Assembly: GCA_038231455.1 (NCBI GenBank)
Contig: JBBRLI010000024.1
Span: 1 to 46,474 of the forward strand
Reading direction: 5' to 3'
DNA length: 46,474 nucleotides
Source of the DNA: Vulcanimicrobiales bacterium
GTDB taxonomy: Bacteria; Vulcanimicrobiota; Vulcanimicrobiia; Vulcanimicrobiales; Vulcanimicrobiaceae
A program made the position numbers and the translations under genes. Every line of letters starts with the position of its first letter. Within the stretch, counting starts at the first letter, position 1. Of the stretch, positions 9,456 to 20,308 are shown piece by piece. Under the pieces are notes generated by a model. It had not been told where the DNA came from, ran no database searches, and worked only from the letters and a program-made list of their open reading frames with translations.

Positions 9456-10345
9456 AGATCGGACGCCTCCTCACCGCCATGATCACGCCGATGAAGGCGG
9501 ACGAATCGGTCGATTACGACGAAGCCGTTCGCGTTGCGGAGTATCTGGTCTCGGGCGGATGCGATGGCGTCATCGTGAGCGGCACGACCGGCGAATCGCC
9601 CGCGCTCGGAGATGAAGAAAAGCTCGAACTCTTTCGACGTATCAAGAGCGCCCTGGGCAATAACGGTTCGGTTGTCGCGGGTACCGGCGGCAATAACACG
9701 GTGCACTCCGTCGAGCTGACCAAACGCGCGGTGGAGTGCGGTGTCGATGGCATCCTTGCGGTCGTACCGTACTACAATAAGCCCACGCAAGACGGCATGC
9801 TGCGCCACTTCGGGTCGATCGCCGAGGCGAGTTCTGCGCCCGTCATCGTTTATAATATCCCGGGACGCACGGGCGCAAATATGCTTCCCGCAACGTTGCT
9901 CGAGCTTGCCAAACGGCACAAGAATATCGCGGGCGTCAAAGAGTCCAGCGGCGATCTCGCGCAGATCACGCAGATTTGCCGCGAACGTTCCGACCCGTTT
10001 CTCGTGTGGTCGGGTGATGATTATTTATTCTTGCCGGCGCTTGCGGTTGGAGCGGACGGCTTGATCAGCGTCTCGGCGCACGTCTGCGCCGCACGTTTGC
10101 GCGAATTGCTCGACGCCGTCGACGAAGGCGATCTTCGAATGGCCGCCTCGATCCACCAAGAGATCGCACCGCTCGTCGCGATGCTCTTTGCGACAACGAA
10201 TCCGATTCCGGTCAAGTGGGTCATGAACGAGTTCGGGTTTGCCGCGGGCGGCTGTCGTTCGCCGCTCGGCGCGATGCCCGAATCCCTCATGGCGCCGCTG
10301 CGTGCACTTGCCGAGACGTACCGACCCGCGGTGCTCGCGCGATAA
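9452..10345 (+). CDS. dapA: 4-hydroxy-tetrahydrodipicolinate synthase
   Basis: TAMITP, GTTGES, PYYNKP, YNIPGRT, GVKES Schiff-base Lys, SGDD, TNPIPVK. Confidence 0.95.
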   Translation: MKIGRLLTAMITPMKADESVDYDEAVRVAEYLVSGGCDGVIVSGTTGESPALGDEEKLELFRRIKSALGNNGSVVAGTGGNNTVHSVELTKRAVECGVDGILAVVPYYNKPTQDGMLRHFGSIAEASSAPVIVYNIPGRTGANMLPATLLELAKRHKNIAGVKESSGDLAQITQICRERSDPFLVWSGDDYLFLPALAVGADGLISVSAHVCAARLRELLDAVDEGDLRMAASIHQEIAPLVAMLFATTNPIPVKWVMNEFGFAAGGCRSPLGAMPESLMAPLRALAETYRPAVLAR

Positions 10346-10346
10346 G

Positions 10347-11093
10347 ATGGCGTCGATCTCCATTCTTGGTGCGCGCGTCGATGCGGTCGGACGGGCCGAA
10401 GCCGTTCGTCGAATCGCGGAACTCGCGCGCGGTGTGCAGTCGTCGCTCGTTGTGACGATCGGGACCGAGATGGTGATGGAAGCGCGGCGAAATCCGCGCT
10501 ATCGCGCGGTGCTTGAAAACGCATCGCTCGCACTTTGCGATACCGTCGGGTTGCTGGCGATCAGCAAACTGCGCGGAGGTCCGATTCGCGAACGCGTCAC
10601 CGGAGTCGAACTCGTCGCGGACCTTGCGGCAGCGTCCGTCACCGATCCCGACGTGCGACTCTACCTGATCGGCGGGAAAGGTGCGACGGCGCAGCGCGCG
10701 GCGGATGCCCTGCGCGCGCAGTTTCCCGGCGCGCGGATCGTCGGCTTTCGCGACGGCTATTTCGGTGACGGGGATTCGGCTTCGGTAACGGCGGCAATCG
10801 CCGCCACACACGCGACCGTGGTGCTGGCCGGCCTCGGATTTCCCAAGCAAGAACTCTGGCTCGAGGCGAACTTACCCGCAACCGGGGCGCACGTCGGAAT
10901 GGGCATCGGCGGTTCGCTCGATGTCTATGCGGGAAACGTTGAACGTGCGCCGGCACTCGCGCAGCGGCTGGGCGTCGAGTGGCTTTATCGATTGATCCGT
11001 GAACCGCGGCGCTGGCGCCGCCAACTCGCACTACCCCGTTTCGCCGCGCTAGCGCTCGCGGAAGCGGCCAAAGGGAGAACCAAGAACGCATGA
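10347..11093 (+). CDS. WecB/TagA/CpsF family glycosyltransferase (GT26)
   Basis: ERVTGVEL, GLGFPKQELW, GIGGSLD, EWLYRLIREPRRWRR. Confidence 0.9.
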   Translation: MASISILGARVDAVGRAEAVRRIAELARGVQSSLVVTIGTEMVMEARRNPRYRAVLENASLALCDTVGLLAISKLRGGPIRERVTGVELVADLAAASVTDPDVRLYLIGGKGATAQRAADALRAQFPGARIVGFRDGYFGDGDSASVTAAIAATHATVVLAGLGFPKQELWLEANLPATGAHVGMGIGGSLDVYAGNVERAPALAQRLGVEWLYRLIREPRRWRRQLALPRFAALALAEAAKGRTKNA

Positions 11094-12121
11094 AAGCGAT
11101 GATCCTTGCCGGCGGAATGAGCACGCGGCTCTACCCGCTCACGCGGCAAGTACCAAAGCCCCTCGTTCCCGTCGCAGGCGAGGCGATCTCGGCGCATTTG
11201 ATGCGCTGGCTGCGGTCCTTTGGCGTTGAAGAAATCGCAATCAACGTGCACTATCTTGCGGATACGATTCGCGAGCGGTTTGGCGACGGCGCGGCGTACG
11301 GCGTCAAACTCACGTATCTCCACGAAGAGCAACTCATGGGCAGCGCGGGTTCGGTCAAGGCGATGCAGACGTATTTCGGCGATGAACCCTTTGTCGTGGT
11401 CGGCTGCGACGATCTCACCGATGCGAATCTCGATGCCCTCGTGCAGTTTCATAAAAAGCAAAACGCGCTCGCTACGATCGGTCTCGTGCGGGCCGAAGAA
11501 GTCGATCAGTATGGCGTCGTCGTGACGGATAAAGACGGAAGGATCGTCGAATTCCAAGAGAAGCCACCCAAAGGCACCGAGCGCTCGAAGCTCGTGAATA
11601 CGGGCATCTATGTATTCGGCCCCGGCATCTTCGATCGCATCCCCGCGGACACGTTTTACGATTTCGGCAAGAACGTCTTTCCCGCGTTGCAGGCTGAAAA
11701 CGCCCCGTTCTACGGCCTCCAACTCACCGGCGCATATTGGCGCGATATCGGGACGCTCGATGAGTATCGCCGCGCGACAAACGACGTGCTCTCCGGCAAG
11801 ATCACGCTGCGCGGGGTGATGGCCCGCGGCATCTCCGCCGACGCGCATCTCGGCAACGATGCACATATCGACGGCGACGTGCGCGTCGGCGCGGGCGTGC
11901 AGTTCGGGAATCGGGTGCGCGTCGTCGGTCCAAGCGTTATCGGCGATGGCGTAAAAATCGGCGACGATGCCTTGATCGAACGCTCGATCCTCTGGGATGG
12001 AGCATCGGTCGGCGCGCGAGCAATCGTGCGCGATAGCGTTGTCGGAATCGATTACGACATCGCCGCCGATGTGACACTGGCTGACAAAATCGTCGCAAAC
12101 GGCGAACCGGTCGCCTCGTAA
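11090..12121 (+). CDS. NDP-sugar pyrophosphorylase family protein (second paralogue)
   Basis: MKAMILAGG.STRLYPLT..VPKP, FQEKP, YWRDIG, hexapeptide tail. Confidence 0.9.
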   Translation: MKAMILAGGMSTRLYPLTRQVPKPLVPVAGEAISAHLMRWLRSFGVEEIAINVHYLADTIRERFGDGAAYGVKLTYLHEEQLMGSAGSVKAMQTYFGDEPFVVVGCDDLTDANLDALVQFHKKQNALATIGLVRAEEVDQYGVVVTDKDGRIVEFQEKPPKGTERSKLVNTGIYVFGPGIFDRIPADTFYDFGKNVFPALQAENAPFYGLQLTGAYWRDIGTLDEYRRATNDVLSGKITLRGVMARGISADAHLGNDAHIDGDVRVGAGVQFGNRVRVVGPSVIGDGVKIGDDALIERSILWDGASVGARAIVRDSVVGIDYDIAADVTLADKIVANGEPVAS

Positions 12122-12158
12122 GCGCTAGTCGTCGCGCCGCTCGGCGTGATGGGGTCGC

Positions 12159-12779
12159 GTGTTCGATGCACTGCGCGATCTCGTTTTCCCGGTGGTCTGT
12201 CTTGGTTGCTCGCGGCCGCGCGTGGCGATCTGCGAACGCTGCGTACCGCCGGATGGACGGCTGAATTTCTCGATCGGCGCGACATCGGTGTCCGCGCTCG
12301 GTCCATACGACGGATTGCTCCGACACGCAATCGTCCGGATGAAAGACGGCGAGCGGGCATATCTCGATGCATTCGCCGCCCTAATCGCCGCGCGTTTCCC
12401 GGTGCCGCATGCGCTCGTGCCGCTGCCGACGACCGCACATCGACGAGCGGCTCGCGGCTTCGATCAGAGCGTGGCGATTGCGGAGCGCGTTTCTGCCCAG
12501 TCGGGTGTGCCCGCTTTACGGATTCTCACGAAGCGCGGATCGCCACAGCACGGAAGGCGGCGCGAGGAGCGGTTGCGCGGCCCGGAGTTCGTGCTGGACA
12601 CGGGGAACCTGCCGCCGTCTGTCACGCTCGTCGATGATGTGTGCACGACGGGGAGCACGATCCGCGCGGCCGTGCTCGTCCTTACCGCGGCCGGGGTGCG
12701 GGTCGATGGTACGATCGTGGTCGCCCGCACGCCCGAAACCCCGCCTCGCAACGGACGGTTCTGGCGTCCGGAACGCTAA
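12159..12779 (+). CDS. comF: ComF family phosphoribosyltransferase-like protein
   Basis: N-terminal CxxC..CxxC, RGFDQS, LVDDVCTTGST PRPP-binding motif. Confidence 0.8.
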   Translation: MFDALRDLVFPVVCLGCSRPRVAICERCVPPDGRLNFSIGATSVSALGPYDGLLRHAIVRMKDGERAYLDAFAALIAARFPVPHALVPLPTTAHRRAARGFDQSVAIAERVSAQSGVPALRILTKRGSPQHGRRREERLRGPEFVLDTGNLPPSVTLVDDVCTTGSTIRAAVLVLTAAGVRVDGTIVVARTPETPPRNGRFWRPER

Positions 12780-12791
12780 AGAGGAGCCTGT

Positions 12792-13070
12792 ATGAAAGCC
12801 GTTTGGAAAAACACCGTTATCGCCGAGAGCGACAAAACCGAAGTCGTCGAGGGGAACCACTACTTTCCCGCCGATTCGATCAAAAAGCAGTACTTCAAAG
12901 AGAGCCCGACCACGTCGCACTGCCCGTGGAAGGGCGATGCGAGCTACTTTACGGTCAACGTGAATGGCGAAGAAAACAAAGACGCGGCGTGGTACTACGC
13001 AGCGCCAAAAGAAAAAGCCGAGAACATCAAAGGGCACGTCGCCTTCTGGAAGGGCGTTCAGGTTTCATAA
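12792..13070 (+). CDS. DUF427 domain protein
   Basis: VIAES..VVEGNHYFP, CPWKGDASY, AAWYY..PK, GHVAFW; GAGGAG SD. Confidence 0.9.
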   Translation: MKAVWKNTVIAESDKTEVVEGNHYFPADSIKKQYFKESPTTSHCPWKGDASYFTVNVNGEENKDAAWYYAAPKEKAENIKGHVAFWKGVQVS

Positions 13071-14173
13071 ACCCCGCCGACCGAATCTATCTTGCACGCG
13101 CCGTCGAACTTGCCGCGCGTGCAAGCGGTGATGTTGCCCCAAATCCCCCCGTCGGTGCGGTGCTCGTTCGCGGCGGCCGTACGATTGGCGAGGGGTGGCA
13201 TCGCATCGCGGGTTCGGCGCATGCCGAAGTCGAGGCATTGCGCGACGCAGACGCACGCGGTGAATCAGCCGACGGTGCCACGGCGTACGTCTCGCTCGAA
13301 CCGTGCAACCATCACGGCCGCACGCCTCCGTGTACGGAAGCACTGCTTGCTGCTGGGGTGAAGCGCGTCGTGATCGCCGCGCTCGACCCGAATCCAAAAA
13401 CGTCAGGCGGCGGCGTCGCACGTTTGCGCGATCGCGAAGTCGAAGTCATCGTCGACGAACTGCCGGCCGCGCAATCGCTGATTGCGCGTTTTCGCGAAAC
13501 CGTCTCCTCGCCGTATCCCTACATCACGCTCAAAATGGCGATGTCGCTCGATGGTGCGATTGCGCCTGGGCCTGGGATGAACTACCGTCTGACCGGTGAT
13601 GCGGCATTCGAGCGCGTGCGCATGATGCGCGCCGAGACCGATGCCGTCATGGTGGGCGCCGGGACGATTCGTGTCGACGATGCGCAGCTTACGATTCGTC
13701 CGCACCGCGCGCGCCGCAAACCGTACACGCGAATCGTCGTCTGCGAAACAGATCCCGTGCCCGCAACCGCGCGCGTCTTCGCACGACCCGCGGATGCACC
13801 GCCGGATTCCTATGCGCGCACCATCGTGCTTGCTCCGGGTCGACGTCGTGCGCCGTTTGCCGCGCTCCAAGACGTCGCGGAGATGGTCTTCGTGGGTGAT
13901 GGTGCCAAGCTCGACCTCGATGCCGCGATGCGCGAGCTGCGCGCACGTGGTGTGGTGACGATCCTGTGTGAGGGCGGTCCGACGCTCGGCGGCCGACTAC
14001 TCGAAGCAGGCCTCGTGCGCGAACTCGTCTGGTTCATCGCGCCGACGCTCCTCCAGACACCCACCGCGATCCCGCCGCTGACCGGTGCCGACGTCACGCG
14101 GCTCGCACGCGGATGGCGGTTCTCTGATGTCGAACGCGTCGGCGACGACCTCATGCTGCGAGCGTACTTGTAA
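13067..14173 (+). CDS. ribD: Riboflavin deaminase/reductase RibD (probable ATA start)
   Basis: PNPPVGAV, HAE, LEPCNHHGRTPPC, KMAMSLDG, GAGTIRVDD, CEGGPTL; homology begins at about 13067. Confidence 0.92.
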   Translation: MNPADRIYLARAVELAARASGDVAPNPPVGAVLVRGGRTIGEGWHRIAGSAHAEVEALRDADARGESADGATAYVSLEPCNHHGRTPPCTEALLAAGVKRVVIAALDPNPKTSGGGVARLRDREVEVIVDELPAAQSLIARFRETVSSPYPYITLKMAMSLDGAIAPGPGMNYRLTGDAAFERVRMMRAETDAVMVGAGTIRVDDAQLTIRPHRARRKPYTRIVVCETDPVPATARVFARPADAPPDSYARTIVLAPGRRRAPFAALQDVAEMVFVGDGAKLDLDAAMRELRARGVVTILCEGGPTLGGRLLEAGLVRELVWFIAPTLLQTPTAIPPLTGADVTRLARGWRFSDVERVGDDLMLRAYL

Positions 14174-14823
14174 TGTTTAGTGGACTCATTAGTTACCAAG
14201 GCAAGATTGCTTCGATCATCGGCGACGCGACGCGCGGTATCACGCTCGTCGTCGAAGCTCCCGCGGCGATCGCCGATGGCGTCGAGGAAAAAGACTCCGT
14301 CGCGGTCAACGGCGCGTGCCTCACGGTCGTCGCAGTCGATGCAACGACGATGCGATTCGATGTCGTGCCCGAGACCGTCGTGCGTACCAACATCGGCGAA
14401 CTCAAAGCCGGCGACACGGTGAATCTCGAGCTCTCGCTGCGTCTGGGCGACCGCCTTGGCGGACATCTCGTTTACGCGCATGTCGATGCAACCGCCGCCA
14501 TCATCTCCAAACTGAAGGAAGGCCAAGGCTTCCGACTCATCGTCGAGACGCCGACGTCAATTGCCGCATTCATCGTCGAGAAAGGCTACATCACCGTTGA
14601 TGGTGTGAGCCTGACGGTGGCATCGGTCGCGGCGGGGCGCTTTGCAATCGCGCTCATCCCCGAAACGGCGAAGCGCACGACGCTCGGCCCGAAAGGCGCG
14701 GGTGATCGCGTGAATCTGGAAGTCGATCCCGTCGCGCGGTATGCCGCAGCAGCGGTCGCCGCGTACGCGGCTCGGGGCGATACGCGTTCGAGCGATGAGC
14801 TCGAATGGGCGTATGAAATCTAA
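14173..14823 (+). CDS. ribE: Riboflavin synthase (alpha chain)
   Basis: MFSGLI N-terminus, SVAVNGACLTV, VNLE, GGHLV, ITVDGVSLTV. Confidence 0.93.
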   Translation: MFSGLISYQGKIASIIGDATRGITLVVEAPAAIADGVEEKDSVAVNGACLTVVAVDATTMRFDVVPETVVRTNIGELKAGDTVNLELSLRLGDRLGGHLVYAHVDATAAIISKLKEGQGFRLIVETPTSIAAFIVEKGYITVDGVSLTVASVAAGRFAIALIPETAKRTTLGPKGAGDRVNLEVDPVARYAAAAVAAYAARGDTRSSDELEWAYEI

Positions 14824-15226
14824 TACCCGAATTCACGAACGCGTTCGCTGGAGCGACGTCGACAAAATGGGTGTGATGTATTTCGGTGCCTACATTCGCT
14901 TCATGGAGATCGCCGAGGCGGAGTTCTTTCGCGAACTCGGCTTCACGTACGACGGCATCACCTCGGAGTTCGGCGTCTGGATGGCGCGCGTACATTTGGA
15001 CGTCGACTACCGCTTCCCCGCGCGGCTCGACGATGAAATCGTTTCGTGGGCTGAGGTGAGGAAGGTCGGCGGATCGTCGATTTACTTGACGTTTCCGATC
15101 GAACGCGCTGATGGCAAGCGCCTCGCCGATACGACGCTCATCCTCTCATGTCTGCAACAAGAATCGCTTCGACCAACCCGCGTCCCCGCAAGACTTGCCG
15201 AAGCCTTGCGGGGACGGATCGCTTAG
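14813..15226 (+). CDS. Acyl-CoA thioesterase (YbgC/4HBT hotdog family)
   Basis: RVRWSDVDKMGVMYFGAYIRFME, DYRFPARLDD. Confidence 0.85.
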   Translation: MKSNTRIHERVRWSDVDKMGVMYFGAYIRFMEIAEAEFFRELGFTYDGITSEFGVWMARVHLDVDYRFPARLDDEIVSWAEVRKVGGSSIYLTFPIERADGKRLADTTLILSCLQQESLRPTRVPARLAEALRGRIA

Positions 15227-15227
15227 T

Positions 15228-17726
15228 TTAGCGCTGGACGACCCCGACCGCTAGACCGAAATTGCCGCCGGTATCGGTGAGGGAGACATTGGCACTGGCT
15301 GCGGCCGAGGCGTTCAGGAAGAACACGGTGCCAAGATACGGTGCCGGGCTGACCGCAGCGTTCGTCGATGGGCTGAGCGCGCCCGCAGTGAGCGGCCCGC
15401 TCAACGTCACGGTTTGGAATTGACTGGTGTACGTTCCGCGCGGATTGAAGTTGGTGAAATTAAAACGCGGGTCGGTCGTCAGACTCAAGTTGCTCGCAGC
15501 AAGTGCGATTCCAAAGTCGCCGAGGAGCGTCGGAAGTGTTTGGCTGGTCGCCGATTCGACCCCGACTTGACCGATGATCGTGTGATTGAGACTCGTGTTC
15601 AAGTATGCGTCGCCGCCGAACCGGTCGTACAAGTACCGTTGGAAGACGTACTCCGCACCGTAGCATCCGCTGCAATTGTATTGCACGCTCGAGCTGTCTT
15701 TGCCCGTAAAGGCCGTGATGCTAAAGTTCTGCGGTGCAGACAGGTAGAGTTGGGCGTGGTAGAGCGCGTCATCAACGTCGTTGGTATAGCTTGGATAGAG
15801 AAGCTTGAGCGCGAAGTCTTGCGCGAGCATCGACATGCCTTCATTCACCCATGACAGTTCGCTTGGGCCTGGAGAATACGCATCGGACGGGCTGGCCTGA
15901 AGCACGGAATGATGTACGAAGTTAATGAGATGCTGTAATTCGTGCGCCGTGCCGCGGACGAGATCTTCTTTGAGCGTATAGCTGGTACTGCTGTTGGGGC
16001 TGTAGCCAAGAAAGATCATCGGCGATTCGTTCGACTTGTACGTACCGTAAGGCGTAAAGCAATTTGCAATCGCTTGCGGCGCGTGGTTGAGCGAATAAAA
16101 GTAACCGCCGACGCCATTTCCAAGGCTTGCGGAATTCAAGACGACGACGTGGATGAGGTTGTCGCTCGGCTGGATGTAGCGCGATGATGTTGCAGGCAGG
16201 TTTGCGCCGGCGGCATCGCATGTGGTGTATGTCTGTTGGTTGCCGGCTGCTTGTGCGCCGTAGCTCGGCGAACCGTAATGTGCAACATCGGAGGTGTACG
16301 CATTTTCGAAGTCTGCGCCGATCTGCGCGATTTGTGTCGGGCTGAACGTCGTGATTGTGTTGTCGAGCCAGATGTAGCCGTGCGCCGTGACGAGTTGCAG
16401 CGTTGCGGGGACTTGCTGGAACGTGCCCGCGCTACCGTTAATCGAGCTATTTTCCACCCAGATGCCCGCGGTCGAGCCTGCTGTCGTCGGAAGGCCTTTC
16501 GTCGTGCGAAGACTCTGCGTGTTGCGAGCGCCCGCGCGGTGCAGTGACGACGTAAGGCGACCGGTTGCGATCGGATCTTCGACAAACCGGTCCACGCTAT
16601 GCTGGTTTTGCGACCAGGCCGAAGTCAACCAAAACGGATTCGACGGCACGCCGCGAACGGCGCGGCGGAAGTTCTGCGCGCCGACGGCACTCACCGTTTC
16701 GTTAATCGATGCCGAGCCGAGGTTCGAGCCGGAACCTTTCGTGTTTTGGAACGTCGTGCCGATGCCGACGATCGTCGAGTTGAACGCTGAGCTCAGCTTG
16801 CCGAGGAATGAATTGGATGCGGTCGGATTTGCAGCGAGATATCCAACGATCGGCGCCGCCGCCGTCGCCCCCGGCGTCCCCGTTGGGGTCGCTGTTGGCG
16901 TCGGGGTTGCGGTGGCGGTCGGCATCGCTGTCGGTGTCGGTGTTGCCGTTGGCGTTGCGGTCGGTGTCGGTGTCGGTGACGGGCTGGCCGACGGCGTCGG
17001 CGTCGCGAGCGACGTTGCGATCGTGAACACAACGAATTCGTACGTCACGCCTTTTGCGATCGTAAATCCGGCGTTGAACGCCGACGTGAACGTGACCGTA
17101 TTTTTTCCATTTACGTTTGTCACGGCCGATGCCGCAACGGGTCCCGCGTAGCCGAGTGTTGGCTGATCGCTCGCGTAGAGCGCTAGGTAGAACGGTTGAT
17201 TCGGCGTTAGCGTTAAGGTCGAGGGCAGGGCGAACGTGAATGACGGATAGCCGGTGAACGTCAGCGTGCCATCGCTAACGAGCGCGACGTAGAAGAGGCC
17301 GGGTGCACCGCTGAGTGCCATCGGTCGTCGCAGGGCGCTGCTGAGCGTCGGCGCGCCGCCGCTCGGTCCCGACGATGAAGTCATCGTGACGTTTGCTACG
17401 CCGGTCGAGGGCGCGGCAAATGCAACGGTTCCACTGTATCCGGCAACTGCCGGAACCGTCGCAGTGGTACCGGATGCGGGCACGGCTACGATCGTTGCGA
17501 GGGGAGCCGGAGTTGGCGTCGGGCTCGGCGTTGGAGAAGGCGAAGGCGTCGGTGTGATGACGATGGTCGGCGTTCCGGTTGGCGTCGGCGGTACGACGCC
17601 GCTATTGACCGACGATCCGCCGCCGCCCCCACCGCCGCAAGCGGTAATCGTGGCCGCTGCCAGAACGGCGAGCCCCCAGCTACCAGCGCGAAAAAACACC
17701 CGAGTCTTCAAACCGGCTAACGACAT
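15228..17726 (-). CDS. Lipoprotein zinc metallopeptidase (M30/hyicolysin-like) with Pro/Thr linkers
   Basis: Lipobox ITAC followed by a Gly run, two PT-rich linkers, GGYF, AHELQHLI (HExxH), WVNEGMS third ligand. Confidence 0.75.
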   Translation of the reverse strand: MSLAGLKTRVFFRAGSWGLAVLAAATITACGGGGGGGSSVNSGVVPPTPTGTPTIVITPTPSPSPTPSPTPTPAPLATIVAVPASGTTATVPAVAGYSGTVAFAAPSTGVANVTMTSSSGPSGGAPTLSSALRRPMALSGAPGLFYVALVSDGTLTFTGYPSFTFALPSTLTLTPNQPFYLALYASDQPTLGYAGPVAASAVTNVNGKNTVTFTSAFNAGFTIAKGVTYEFVVFTIATSLATPTPSASPSPTPTPTATPTATPTPTAMPTATATPTPTATPTGTPGATAAAPIVGYLAANPTASNSFLGKLSSAFNSTIVGIGTTFQNTKGSGSNLGSASINETVSAVGAQNFRRAVRGVPSNPFWLTSAWSQNQHSVDRFVEDPIATGRLTSSLHRAGARNTQSLRTTKGLPTTAGSTAGIWVENSSINGSAGTFQQVPATLQLVTAHGYIWLDNTITTFSPTQIAQIGADFENAYTSDVAHYGSPSYGAQAAGNQQTYTTCDAAGANLPATSSRYIQPSDNLIHVVVLNSASLGNGVGGYFYSLNHAPQAIANCFTPYGTYKSNESPMIFLGYSPNSSTSYTLKEDLVRGTAHELQHLINFVHHSVLQASPSDAYSPGPSELSWVNEGMSMLAQDFALKLLYPSYTNDVDDALYHAQLYLSAPQNFSITAFTGKDSSSVQYNCSGCYGAEYVFQRYLYDRFGGDAYLNTSLNHTIIGQVGVESATSQTLPTLLGDFGIALAASNLSLTTDPRFNFTNFNPRGTYTSQFQTVTLSGPLTAGALSPSTNAAVSPAPYLGTVFFLNASAAASANVSLTDTGGNFGLAVGVVQR
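16865..17005 (-). repeat. Pro/Thr (TP)n low-complexity linker inside the peptidase
   Basis: Encodes TPTPSASPSPTPTPTATPTATPTPTAMPTATATPTPTATPTGTP. Confidence 0.8.
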
Positions 17727-17906
17727 CCTGGATCACTCCCCGTCTTGTGAGCAGCGCAAGTTGGTGCCCATCACTATGATCGACCGAACTCCACCGATCG
17801 TGAAGGACGAGCGACCCGATGGCTCCTTGGCTTCGCTTTCAATCGTAGGTCAATCACGGTTAAACCCGGGTAACAAAACGACGGCTCCGGCACCCTCCCC
17901 GGTTCT

Positions 17907-17936
17907 TTGACAATTGTTAAGCCTCGGGCGTAGTCT
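17907..17936 (+). promoter_or_regulatory. Sigma70 promoter with overlapping palindrome; leaderless start of HTH-ribBA
   Basis: TTGACA (17907-17912), 18 nt, TAGTCT (17931-17936), 6 nt, GTG (17943). Near-palindrome TTGACAATTGTTAA at 17907-17920. Confidence 0.7.
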
Positions 17937-17942
17937 TAGCGG

Positions 17943-19357
<1,415 letters not shown>

Positions 19358-19361
<4 letters not shown>

Positions 19362-19867
19362 AAAAAGATACTCCCACAACCGAACTTCCCGACGCCAAAG
19401 GCAAGCGCTTTGCAGTTGTGAGCGCGCGATTCTACAGCGACCTTGCCGACTGGCTCGAAGACGGCGCCAAACGCGGCTTGATCGCCTGCGGCGTTGCGGA
19501 TGATGCAATCGATTCGTATGCGGTTCCGGGCTGCTACGAATTGCCGCTCGCCGCGCGCAAGCTGCTCACCGGGGGCAAATACGACGGCATCGTGGCGCTG
19601 GGCGTCGTGATCCGTGGCGATACGCCGCACTTCGACTTCGTCGCGGGTGAATGCGCGCGCGGCATCATGGACGTCCAACTTGCGACGGGCATGCCGATCG
19701 GTTTTGGCGTTCTCACGACCAATACGCTCGCGCAAGCAGAAGAGCGCGCCGATCCCGCCCGCATGGACAAAGGCTACGAAGCCGCGCTCGCAACCGCGAC
19801 CCTTGCGGTCCTCACGCCCAAGAAAAAAGAAGAGACCAGCGTTGGGTTTCGGGCGGGCCGCGGCTAG
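19358..19867 (+). CDS. ribH: 6,7-dimethyl-8-ribityllumazine synthase
   Basis: VPGCYELP, LGVVIRGDTPHFDFV, FGVLTT, KGYEAA. Confidence 0.95.
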
Positions 19868-19884
19868 CTTTCCGCTCGAATGCC

Positions 19885-19913
19885 TTGCAAAGCGAGGGGG
19901 CTGTCGCTATACT
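19885..19913 (+). promoter_or_regulatory. Sigma70 promoter of the zinc-ribbon gene
   Basis: TTGCAA-17 nt-TATACT. Confidence 0.65.
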
Positions 19914-19977
19914 GCACGGTACGGCGGGCGTCTTCACGTCCGGCGCCATTGGTATCCCTATAGCCCGGGAGGCTCTG

Positions 19978-20265
19978 GTGGAAGACAAGACTCTAGTTTG
20001 TAAGGACTGCAGCAACAACTTCGTTTTCTCGGTTCGCGATCAGCAGTTCTATGCCGAAAAAGGCTTCGAGAACGAGCCGCAGCGTTGCCGCGATTGTCGC
20101 AGTGCGCGCAAGTCTCAGAAGCCCGGCGCGACCGCCGAGCGCGAGATGCACGAGACCATTTGCGCGCAATGCGGCATCACAACGACGGTGCCGTTCCGAC
20201 CGCGCGGTGATAAACCGGTGTACTGTCGGACCTGCTTTACGGCAGCGCAAGCTGTTCGCGCCTAG
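19978..20265 (+). CDS. Double zinc-ribbon protein (probable zinc-ribbon domain plus CxxC-x17-CxxC)
   Basis: DKTLVCKDC..FVFS..QQFYAEKGF.NEPQRCRDC and C.QCG...VPFRP.GDKPVYCRTCF; GGGAGG SD before the GTG. Confidence 0.88.
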   Translation: MEDKTLVCKDCSNNFVFSVRDQQFYAEKGFENEPQRCRDCRSARKSQKPGATAEREMHETICAQCGITTTVPFRPRGDKPVYCRTCFTAAQAVRA

Positions 20266-20308
20266 CGCGCGGTAAGGCCTCGGGTTCTCCGCGCCGAAGA
20301 AACTCGGC

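Noticed and set aside
12641-13066. 142-aa N-terminal extension of RibD given by the ORF track
   Set aside because: It overlaps comF and the whole DUF427 gene in another frame, and the Arg-rich sequence looks like off-frame translation.
16865-17600. Repetitive GTCGGT/GTTGGC tracts as a CRISPR or tandem DNA element
   Set aside because: They encode Pro/Thr linkers; there is no repeat-spacer structure and no cas gene.
17727-17942. FMN riboswitch upstream of ribBA (a CCGGAGCCG-like fragment on the minus strand)
   Set aside because: Wrong strand for ribBA, the other conserved RFN segments are absent, and the predicted promoter leaves no leader.
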